NCBI GenBank assembly: GCA_905211265.1
Contig: CAJMAC010000004.1
Coordinates: forward strand, 41,976 to 105,975
Source of the DNA: an uncultured Eubacteriales bacterium
Lineage (GTDB): Bacteria > Bacillota_I > Bacilli_A > RF39 > UBA660
DNA length: 64,000 nucleotides
Direction: 5' to 3'
Part shown: positions 29,632 through 37,436 of the stretch, in pieces
Numbering within the stretch: the stretch's first letter is position 1
How the letters are laid out: every line of letters begins with the position of its first letter
Program-made: the position numbers and the translations under genes
Notes under the pieces: generated by a model
Told to the model about the DNA's origin: nothing
Database searches by the model: none
Seen by the model: only the letters and a program-made list of their open reading frames with translations

Positions 29632-30153
29632 ATGAATTTAAAGAAAATTAAGGCTATCGCAGTTATTGGTATTTTTATTATATCTTTTGCTATTCATTTT
29701 ATGTATGAATGGTTTCCTAATGTATTAATAAGTATTTTATGTCCTGTTAATGAAAGTATTTGGGAACATATGAAAATACTTTATAGTGCTACTACTTTTT
29801 ATGGTATTATTGATTATATTTTATTAAGAAAGTATAAGGTTAAATATAATAATTTTATGTTTCAGTTATTTTTTACGGGATTTAGCTCTATAGTTATATA
29901 CTTAATTATTTATATACCTATATATAATTTAATTGGAGAACATTTAATTATATCAATTAGTCTTATGTTAATTGTTTATATTATTTGTCAGATAATTAGT
30001 TATAAAATACTTAAAGGTAAGGAATATAAATATATTAATAAGGTAAGTATTTTATTAATTATATTGATGTATGGTATGTTTGGATATTTAACTTATAAAC
30101 CATTAAATAACTATATATTTGTAGATAATTACGTAAAAGAAAAATCTAGATAA
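29632..30153 (+). CDS. Hypothetical polytopic membrane protein
   Basis: 173 aa with about 5 TM segments and a conserved-looking NESIWEHMK motif after TM1. The family is not confidently recognised. Confidence 0.6.
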   Translation: MNLKKIKAIAVIGIFIISFAIHFMYEWFPNVLISILCPVNESIWEHMKILYSATTFYGIIDYILLRKYKVKYNNFMFQLFFTGFSSIVIYLIIYIPIYNLIGEHLIISISLMLIVYIICQIISYKILKGKEYKYINKVSILLIILMYGMFGYLTYKPLNNYIFVDNYVKEKSR

Positions 30154-30162
30154 CTAGATTTT
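30141..30162. terminator. Hairpin shared by two convergent genes, containing both stop codons
   Basis: AAAATCTAG(30141-49)-ATAA-CTAGATTTT(30154-62) is a perfect 9-bp stem. The plus-gene TAA (30151-53) sits in the loop. The ftsX TAG (30154-56 on minus) forms the first stem bases. Confidence 0.55.
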
Positions 30163-31053
30163 AAGATATTTTCTTACTGCTCTATAACTACCAATCATAC
30201 CTACTACTATTCCTATTGCTAATAGTACTAAGGAAATATAGTACATGAATGGTGTTGGTGGTACTAATTTAGCTAATGAAGAACCAAATAGTTTTCCTTT
30301 AAAGAAATTATATAATGATGTATAACCATATACACTTAATATTATTGGTATTATTGAACCTAACATACCTATAAATAATCCTTCGATTACAAATGGAACT
30401 TTAATTGATACATTTGATGCTCCGACCAATCTCATTATTTCTATTTCTCTTTTTCTTGAGAATATTGCTAATTTTATGGTATTTCCTATTAGGAATGCTG
30501 TAACTACTACAAGTGCTACTACTATAAATATTGATGCTTTTTCTACTACTTTGAAGACTGTTATTAATTGATCTATCATATCTTCACCATAGTTAACTGT
30601 TTTTACTCCATTAATATTTTTAATAACATTTACTGTTGTTTTTATATCATCTATATTTTTTACTTTTAACATAAAACTATCTAGTAATGGATTTGTTTTA
30701 TCAGTCCATGTTTCTATTATTCCTTTGAATGTGTCATTATCTTTTAGGCTTTCTGCTGTTTTTTCTTTTGATACAAATGTTAATTCTTCAACATTTTTTG
30801 TTGCTCTTATTTCTTTTTCTATTTCATTTCTTTTTGTTTCTGTTGTATCTGAGTTTAGAAATATTACTACTGTTACATCTTTTCTAATTGATTCGGCAAA
30901 ATTTTCTACATTGTATGATAATATTGCAGAAAATGCTACTACTATTAAAGTTATAGTAATACATGAAATTGATGCAAGTGATAAAGAGAAGTTCCTCATT
31001 ACACTTTTTCTAGCATCTCTAAAATATCTATTTATATTTCTAAAAAATTTCAT
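30154..31053 (-). CDS. ftsX: Cell-division ABC transporter permease FtsX
   Basis: 299 aa. TM1, then a large extracytoplasmic loop, then 3 TM segments. Lies directly downstream of ftsE. Confidence 0.9.
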   Translation of the reverse strand: MKFFRNINRYFRDARKSVMRNFSLSLASISCITITLIVVAFSAILSYNVENFAESIRKDVTVVIFLNSDTTETKRNEIEKEIRATKNVEELTFVSKEKTAESLKDNDTFKGIIETWTDKTNPLLDSFMLKVKNIDDIKTTVNVIKNINGVKTVNYGEDMIDQLITVFKVVEKASIFIVVALVVVTAFLIGNTIKLAIFSRKREIEIMRLVGASNVSIKVPFVIEGLFIGMLGSIIPIILSVYGYTSLYNFFKGKLFGSSLAKLVPPTPFMYYISLVLLAIGIVVGMIGSYRAVRKYLKI

Positions 31054-31067
31054 AAGTTACTTCCTTT

Positions 31068-31763
31068 CTAAAATCCTTCGTTATGGTATTTCCCTTTTTC
31101 ATAGTCTTTAACTAAACGACCTTCTTCGATAACTATAACTCTTTCGTTCATTTTTCTTACTATTTCTAAATCATGTGTTGCCATTATTATTGTGGTACCC
31201 ATATCATTTATTTGTTTTAATACTTTCATTATTTCCATGGAAGTTATTGGGTCTAGGTTTCCTGTTGGTTCATCACATATAAGTAATTTAGGATTATTTA
31301 CTATTGCTCTTGCTATTACTACTCTTTGTTGTTCTCCTCCGGATAATTGATCTGGATATTGTCTTACTTTATTTTTTAATCCTACTAAGTCTAATACTTC
31401 CATTACTCTTTTATATATTTGTTTTTTATCATAGGCAAATACTTCCATAGCAAATGCTACATTTTCATATACTGTTAATTTAGGCAACAATTTAAAATCT
31501 TGAAAGACTACTCCTAATTTTCTTCTTAAAATATATACTTTTCTATTTTTTAATTTTGCTACATTTATTCCACCTATAATTATTGAACCACGATCTGGTT
31601 TTTCTTCACGATATAGCATTTTTATTAATGTACTTTTTCCTGAACCTGAGGCTCCAATTACAAAAACAAATTCCCCTTTGGAGATACTTAGATTAAAATT
31701 ATATAATGCTACTGTTCCTGTTTTATATGTTTTTTGGACATCAGTTATTCTTATTAAATCCAT
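31068..31763 (-). CDS. ftsE: Cell-division ABC transporter ATP-binding protein FtsE
   Basis: Walker A GASGSGKST, signature LSGGEQQR, Walker B LLICDEPTGNLD. 231 aa. Confidence 0.92.
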   Translation of the reverse strand: MDLIRITDVQKTYKTGTVALYNFNLSISKGEFVFVIGASGSGKSTLIKMLYREEKPDRGSIIIGGINVAKLKNRKVYILRRKLGVVFQDFKLLPKLTVYENVAFAMEVFAYDKKQIYKRVMEVLDLVGLKNKVRQYPDQLSGGEQQRVVIARAIVNNPKLLICDEPTGNLDPITSMEIMKVLKQINDMGTTIIMATHDLEIVRKMNERVIVIEEGRLVKDYEKGKYHNEGF

Positions 31764-31785
31764 ATTATCACACCTTTTACAACTT

Positions 31786-31794
31786 ATTATAACA
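31786..31794 (-). promoter_or_regulatory. Extended -10 element upstream of ftsE
   Basis: The minus strand reads TGTTATAAT (TGnTATAAT) about 20 nt before the ftsE start. Confidence 0.4.
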
Positions 31795-31847
31795 TTTTAT
31801 TTTAATATTTTAAATAAAATTTATATAATTTACATAATTTAACATAT

Positions 31848-32732
31848 TTATATTGCTCCTGATACTTCATAAGAATCAGTTATTAAAAAGAAAGCATTTT
31901 TATCTATAGTTAATACTACTTCTTTTAATACAAAGTATTCACTTGTAGGTATTACACAAAGTAGCATTTTCTTTTTATTTTTTGAGTAGCCTCCTTTGGC
32001 ATCTATTACAGTTACCCCGTGGTTTAATTTTTCTACAATATATTGTTTTACTTCTTGTTCTTTATCCGTTACTATATAGAATGACTTTGTTCTTGAAGTA
32101 CCTAATAATACTTTATCTGTTATTACTGTTGATAAGTATAAAGCAATTACAGCATATATAGCCATTGGTACTCCAAATACTATTGCACCAAATATTATGA
32201 TTAAACTATTAATTATTAGACTTGACTTTCCTATTGATATTTTAAGATATTTATTAGCTATTTGATATAGTATATTAAATCCTCCAGCAGTAAATTTTGT
32301 TTTCATCATTATACCTGAAGCAAATCCTGATAATATTCCTGCATAAAGTGCTATTAAAAGTAGGCTGTCTGTTTCTACATTGAAATATACTACTAGGTAT
32401 GATGTTATTTTTATAAATAATGGATACAATAATGTTCCTATTGTATTTCTTAATGTTTGTTTAAATCCTAGAGTAAAGAAACATAGTACTAATAAAGCTA
32501 AGGAAACGTATAGAACAAATTTACTTTCATCAAATCCTGTTAAATATTTTATTATTATTGATAATCCTGCACTTCCTCCAGTTACAATATTAAATTTTGC
32601 ATAGAAAACATTAAATACTAATGCTGAAAAGAACATACTAAAAATAAATATGCAATATCTTTGGGGGGTATCTTTTCTTTTTATATCTTTTAAAATATCT
32701 TCAAAATCAAATGTTTCTTTTAATTTACTCAT
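31848..32732 (-). CDS. YitT-family membrane protein (DUF2179 C-terminal domain), paralog 2
   Basis: 294 aa with 5-6 TM segments plus a soluble C-terminal domain (FYIVTDKEQE..VTVIDAKGGYS..). Paralogous to the upstream gene. Confidence 0.85.
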   Translation of the reverse strand: MSKLKETFDFEDILKDIKRKDTPQRYCIFIFSMFFSALVFNVFYAKFNIVTGGSAGLSIIIKYLTGFDESKFVLYVSLALLVLCFFTLGFKQTLRNTIGTLLYPLFIKITSYLVVYFNVETDSLLLIALYAGILSGFASGIMMKTKFTAGGFNILYQIANKYLKISIGKSSLIINSLIIIFGAIVFGVPMAIYAVIALYLSTVITDKVLLGTSRTKSFYIVTDKEQEVKQYIVEKLNHGVTVIDAKGGYSKNKKKMLLCVIPTSEYFVLKEVVLTIDKNAFFLITDSYEVSGAI

Positions 32733-33621
32733 CTATTGTTCCTTCTTTCTGGCATACTTCATATGCATCACATACTAGAAAGAAGATATTGTTGTCTATT
32801 TTCTTTAATCCTTCTTTTACTATGAAATAATTTCTTGTTGGTACTACTGCTAAAAGAAGCAAGTGTTTATCGTTAGTGTATCCTCCTTTGGCTTTTAAAT
32901 ATGTTACTCCGCTGTCATTTACTTTAAGTAAAAATTCTTTTATTTCTTCTTCTTTATCTGTTACTATATAAAAAGCTTTACTTTGTGATATTCCTAATAT
33001 TACTTTATCTGTTAAACTACTTATAATATATAAGATAATATATCCATATAATACTGTTTCCCAACTATAAACAAGCTTTGCAGATAATACTACTAATCCA
33101 TCAATCATAACAATGGCAGTACCTGTACTTACTTTGGTATATTTTGTTACTATTTGATTTATTATATCTGTTCCTCCACCGGTAAAGCCATTTTTAAATA
33201 TTAATCCATAACCAAATCCTGTTAATACTCCTCCTAGGATGGCTATTACTATTGGTTCAAGGCCATCTAAGTTAAAATATGGTACTAATGGTTTAGTTAA
33301 TGATACTAATACTGGTATTATTATTGCACCTATTATGGAATTTTTTGTTTTTTCTTTTCCCAAGATTATAAAACTTAGAATAATTAATACTATATTAATA
33401 ATTAATATTAATTTTGATGGCTCCATATATTTTTGTAATACAATAGATAATCCTGTTATACCAATACAAACTAGATTATATTGTAAAAAGAATACATTAA
33501 AGGCAAATGCTACGATAAAGCATCCTACTAATAACCAAAAATATCTACTTACAATATTCTTTTTGTCTACTTGGCGTATTATTTTATTTAATTTTCTATC
33601 CCTTAATTCTTTTAAAAACAT
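32725..33621 (-). CDS. YitT-family membrane protein (DUF2179 C-terminal domain), paralog 1
   Basis: 298 aa with the same architecture (FYIVTDKEEE..VTYLKAKGGYT..). The stop overlaps the next gene's start by 8 nt. Confidence 0.85.
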   Translation of the reverse strand: MFLKELRDRKLNKIIRQVDKKNIVSRYFWLLVGCFIVAFAFNVFFLQYNLVCIGITGLSIVLQKYMEPSKLILIINIVLIILSFIILGKEKTKNSIIGAIIIPVLVSLTKPLVPYFNLDGLEPIVIAILGGVLTGFGYGLIFKNGFTGGGTDIINQIVTKYTKVSTGTAIVMIDGLVVLSAKLVYSWETVLYGYIILYIISSLTDKVILGISQSKAFYIVTDKEEEIKEFLLKVNDSGVTYLKAKGGYTNDKHLLLLAVVPTRNYFIVKEGLKKIDNNIFFLVCDAYEVCQKEGTIDE

Positions 33622-33625
33622 ATTC

Positions 33626-34715
33626 TTAACTCCTTATTCCATGATATATAAATTCATCAATTGCACCATCTAATACTTTGTTTACATCACTTGTTTCATA
33701 TCCACTTTCATTATCTTTAACTAAGGTATATGGACACATTACATAACTTCTTTTACCATTACCCCATCCTATTGAACTTGAATCTTTAAAACTATTTATT
33801 TCATTATTTTGTTTTTCTATTTCTAGATTTTTTAATTTACTTTTTAAGATATTTAATGCTAATTCTTTATTTTTAATTTGACTTCTTTCATTTTGACATG
33901 TTACTACTATTTTAGTAGGTAAATGAGTTATTCTAACTGCAGAATCTGTGGTATTTACTCCTTGACCTCCTGGGCCACTACTACGATAGATATCTATTTT
34001 TAAGTCTTTTTCATCAATATTTATATTTATATCATTATCAATTTCAGGTATTATTTCTACTGAAGCAAATGAGGTATGTCTTCTTTTATTGGAATCAAAT
34101 GGACTAATTCTTACTAGGCGATGTATTCCTTGTTCATGGTGTAAATATCCATAAGCATTTTTACCTTTTACTAATACTGATATACTTTTTATTCCTACTT
34201 CTTCACCATACTGTGTATCTAATATATCTAAAATATAATTATTTCTTGATAAATATCTTGAATACATTCTATAAAGCATTTCGGCCCAATCACAGGCTTC
34301 AGTTCCTCCTGCACCTGAATGTATTTCTAAAATACAATTACATGAATCATATTTTCCATTTAGATATGTTTCTGTTTTTAATAATTCTATATCCTTAGTT
34401 AATTTATCTAAATCCTTATTTAATAATTCTAATATTTCAGGATCTTCTTCATCTTTTAATATTTCTAATGTTTCCATATTTGTATCTAGATTATTTTTTA
34501 TTATTGTTATTTTTTCTATTGTAGACTTTATATTTGAAGCTTCTTTAATTACTTCATCTGCTTTTTCTTTATCATTCCAAAAATTTATATCATTCATTTG
34601 TTCAAGTAATTGTTTATGTCTTATTATTTTATTATCTAAGTCAAAGTGACCTCCATATACTATTTAATTCATTACTTAAATTATCATAACTTGTTTTTAT
34701 TTCTTTATAGTCCAT
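33626..34715 (-). CDS. prfB: Peptide chain release factor 2, expressed via programmed +1 frameshift
   Basis: ORF0 (34715..34641) encodes MDYKEIKTSYDNLSNELNSIWRSL-TGA. Shifting +1 at CTT-TGA-C continues DLDNKIIRHKQLLEQMNDINFW.. into the tracked 323-aa ORF, which carries the SPF and GGQ (SGPGGQGVN) motifs. Confidence 0.9.
34640..34654 (-). other. RF2 autoregulatory +1 frameshift site
   Basis: The minus strand reads GGAGG-TCA-CTT-TGA-C. An internal Shine-Dalgarno-like GGAGG lies 3 nt before the CUU UGA C slippery/stop context, the same layout as the E. coli prfB site. Confidence 0.85.
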
Positions 34716-34793
34716 ATATATAACCTCACTGTATATATATTATAGCAAAAAATATTAAAAAAATCTATTTTATTTTAGAAAATTATAAATATT

Positions 34794-34839
34794 ATTTGAC
34801 ATTTTTATAAATATTTAAAAAATGTGTAAAATGTCAAAT
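34794..34839. repeat. Perfect 12-bp inverted repeat in the divergent prfB / 34903 intergenic region
   Basis: ATTTGACATTTT (34794-34805) and AAAATGTCAAAT (34828-34839) are separated by 22 nt. Each arm contains a TTGACA hexamer. Confidence 0.7.
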
Positions 34840-34902
34840 TATGTTGTTAAAAATTTTATATTTCATGATATAATATTAGTTAAGAAGTAAAGGATGATGT
34901 AG

Positions 34903-36225
34903 ATGAAAAAAAGAAAGTTAAGTTTTCAAAAAATATTTAATTTTGTTAGTCTTATTTTTTTAATTACTTGCTGTTTATTTTACGGTGGTAGATTTGTAAA
35001 GTTATATTTAGAAAACAAGAAACAAGTTGTGGAAGAAACTAATACGCTAGGTAAAAGTTTAAAGGATAATAATAGCGAGACATTAAAGAATATCAATGGT
35101 GAATATTATTTTACTGGGGAAGTTGATAATAACTATGTATTATATTCTGGTATTATGTTTAGAGTTATAAAGATAGGAAATAATAATGTTATTACAATGA
35201 TTAGTGATAATAGTATTACTTCACTTGCTTTTGGAGAAGTTGAAAAATATACTGATTCAATGGTTAATACTTGGTTAAATAAAACTGATAAGGAAGGTTC
35301 TGGTATATTAGAAAAGAATCTAAATAGTATGATTAGTTATTTAAAAAGTGCTAATATATGTACTGATAAGATAGATGATGTTAGTAAGAGTAATTGTACT
35401 AATTATGATAATGAATATTATTTATCTAGTTTATCTATAAGTGATTATATTAATACTGGTGCAAGTAGTGGTTTTATTAATACTAAAGAAAACTTTTATT
35501 TGGATGGAATGACTTCGAATAATGAAGTATGGTATGTTACTAGTGAAGGAAAAATTAATAAAAATAAAGGTAATGAAATATATGGTATTAAGCCTGTACT
35601 TATTTTAAAAGAAAATATGGAATTAATTGGTGGTACTGGTACAAAGGATGACCCTTATACAATTGAAAGTGTACTTGGTACATTTGGTAGTTATGTTAAA
35701 TTAGGCGAAGATACATGGAGAGTTATTGATGTTAATGATAATAATGTTAAATTAATGTTAGATGATTATTTAAAGAGTGGTAATGATACTGTTTCATATA
35801 AATATTCACAATATACTTCATATCATGATGATACAAAATATGGAACTTTAGCATATTATTTAAAGAATACTTATTTAAAAGGTTTAAGTTATAAAGATTT
35901 AGTTATTGAAACTAACTATGCTAATGGATATTATGGTAAAGATAATAATTTTGATTATACTGATACTTTAAAGAAAACTGTTAATACAAAAGTTGCTTCA
36001 ATTAGTATTGGAGATATTATATTAAATCATGAATTAAATAATTATTTTACAATGACCAGTAGTACTAAATCTAATAAGTATGTATACACTATTCAAAGTG
36101 ATAATACTCCTTATTCAAAAATAGTATCTAGTACTTCAAAGGTTGTTCCTGTTATTACTATAAGTAAAGATAAATTAACTAGTGGTACGGGAAGTAAAAA
36201 TGACCCTTTAAAGGTTGGTGAGTAA
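34903..36225 (+). CDS. Membrane-anchored extracellular protein with two tandem homologous modules
   Basis: N-terminal TM. Two ~180-aa modules each end in a similar motif (KPVLILK..GGTGTKDDPYTIE and VPVITISK..SGTGSKNDPLKV). No catalytic motif recognised. Confidence 0.6.
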   Translation: MKKRKLSFQKIFNFVSLIFLITCCLFYGGRFVKLYLENKKQVVEETNTLGKSLKDNNSETLKNINGEYYFTGEVDNNYVLYSGIMFRVIKIGNNNVITMISDNSITSLAFGEVEKYTDSMVNTWLNKTDKEGSGILEKNLNSMISYLKSANICTDKIDDVSKSNCTNYDNEYYLSSLSISDYINTGASSGFINTKENFYLDGMTSNNEVWYVTSEGKINKNKGNEIYGIKPVLILKENMELIGGTGTKDDPYTIESVLGTFGSYVKLGEDTWRVIDVNDNNVKLMLDDYLKSGNDTVSYKYSQYTSYHDDTKYGTLAYYLKNTYLKGLSYKDLVIETNYANGYYGKDNNFDYTDTLKKTVNTKVASISIGDIILNHELNNYFTMTSSTKSNKYVYTIQSDNTPYSKIVSSTSKVVPVITISKDKLTSGTGSKNDPLKVGE

Positions 36226-36226
36226 A

Positions 36227-37252
36227 ATGGAAAGAAATAAGAAAAAATGTAAGATTAAAAAATCTACAATTGTATTTATTATATTAGATATACTTGCAAT
36301 TACTGGATTTATTATAACTTATGGTCCTTGGCCTACTTTAAGAAATTTATATGTTAATACTGCGATGAATACAATGGATCATCAGTATTTTGCAAGAATA
36401 TTTTATAGTGAAGAAAGAATTAATGAAATAATGAACAGTAACTATTTTGTAACTATTGATGATGATGTTAATTTGGATGATATTGTTATTGATACTTCGA
36501 TTAAAACTACTTTTAAAGATGAGTATGAAAAAGAATTATTAACTAGAGATAATGAAGATGATTTATATAAACTTATTAATTTAAAGGTAGGAAGTGCAAA
36601 TGCATATTTAGTAGCAATATATGACCCTACAAAAGTACATTTGATTTCTAAGGAAAAATTAGGTACTGAACATGGTGAAAGAATTATTACAATGTGTGAA
36701 AGATATGGTGGTAGCGTTTGTATTAATGGTGGTGGATTTGTAGACTATGGATATGGCTCTGGTATTCCTATTGGAAGCGTTATTGAAAATGGTGAAATCA
36801 AATGGGCTGATGGTGATATAAATACTACTACTAACAATATTATTGGTATGACAAAAGATGGTAAATTAAAATTAATGAGTAATGCTACTGCTACTGAAGC
36901 TCTTGAAGCAGGTGTTACTGATGGTATGGTATTTGGACCATTCTTAATAGTTAATGGTAAACCACTTGAAATTGTTGGTGACCCTTGGGGAAGAAGTCCA
37001 AGAGTAGCAATTGCTCAAAGAAAAGATGGCGTTATGATGTTTTTAGTAATTGATGGTGAAAACTATATTAATGGTGCTTCTTTATCTGATGTTGTTGAAA
37101 CATTACAAAGATATGGTGCATATAATGCTGCTAATCTTGATGGTGGTACTTCTTCAACACTAATTATAAATAATAAGTTAATTAATAATCCTCCAAAGGC
37201 TAAAGCTACTAATGGTAGATATGTTGTTACAGGATGGGGATTAATTCCATAA
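36227..37252 (+). CDS. Phosphodiester glycosidase family protein (DUF2233/NAGPA-like), membrane-anchored
   Basis: The ATG at 36227 follows GGTGAG, 1 nt after the upstream stop. N-terminal TM. C-terminal motifs INGGGF, RVAIAQRKDG and NAANLDGGTSSTL. Confidence 0.8.
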   Translation: MERNKKKCKIKKSTIVFIILDILAITGFIITYGPWPTLRNLYVNTAMNTMDHQYFARIFYSEERINEIMNSNYFVTIDDDVNLDDIVIDTSIKTTFKDEYEKELLTRDNEDDLYKLINLKVGSANAYLVAIYDPTKVHLISKEKLGTEHGERIITMCERYGGSVCINGGGFVDYGYGSGIPIGSVIENGEIKWADGDINTTTNNIIGMTKDGKLKLMSNATATEALEAGVTDGMVFGPFLIVNGKPLEIVGDPWGRSPRVAIAQRKDGVMMFLVIDGENYINGASLSDVVETLQRYGAYNAANLDGGTSSTLIINNKLINNPPKAKATNGRYVVTGWGLIP

Positions 37253-37254
37253 TA

Positions 37255-37294
37255 AAAAGACTAAAGTAGAAATCACTTCTATTTTTAGTCTTTT
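37255..37294 (+). terminator. Intrinsic terminator of the 34903-37252 operon
   Basis: AAAAGACTAAA(37255-65)/TTTAGTCTTTT(37284-94) form an 11-bp stem, with an inner TAGAA/TTCTA pairing. A T-rich stretch follows. Confidence 0.7.
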
Positions 37295-37335
37295 ACTTTA
37301 TTTATAGATTAATTATTAGAATATAAAATATACTA

Positions 37336-37425
37336 AGTTTTGAGATTAAAAGCTCAAAACTATTTTTAATAACTTATTTATAAGGTATTAAAAATCCTTG
37401 GAATAACTTTTAAGTTATGGAAAGG
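37336..37425 (-). repeat. Triple-hairpin intergenic element, copy C (11 nt after the ABC-F stop)
   Basis: AGTTTTGAG(37336-44)/CTCAAAACT(37353-61); ATTTTTAATA..TATTAAAAAT(37362-95) with a 6-nt insertion that lengthens the stem (CTTA/TAAG); CCTT..AAGG(37396-37425). Confidence 0.85.
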
Positions 37426-37436
37426 CATAAATAATT

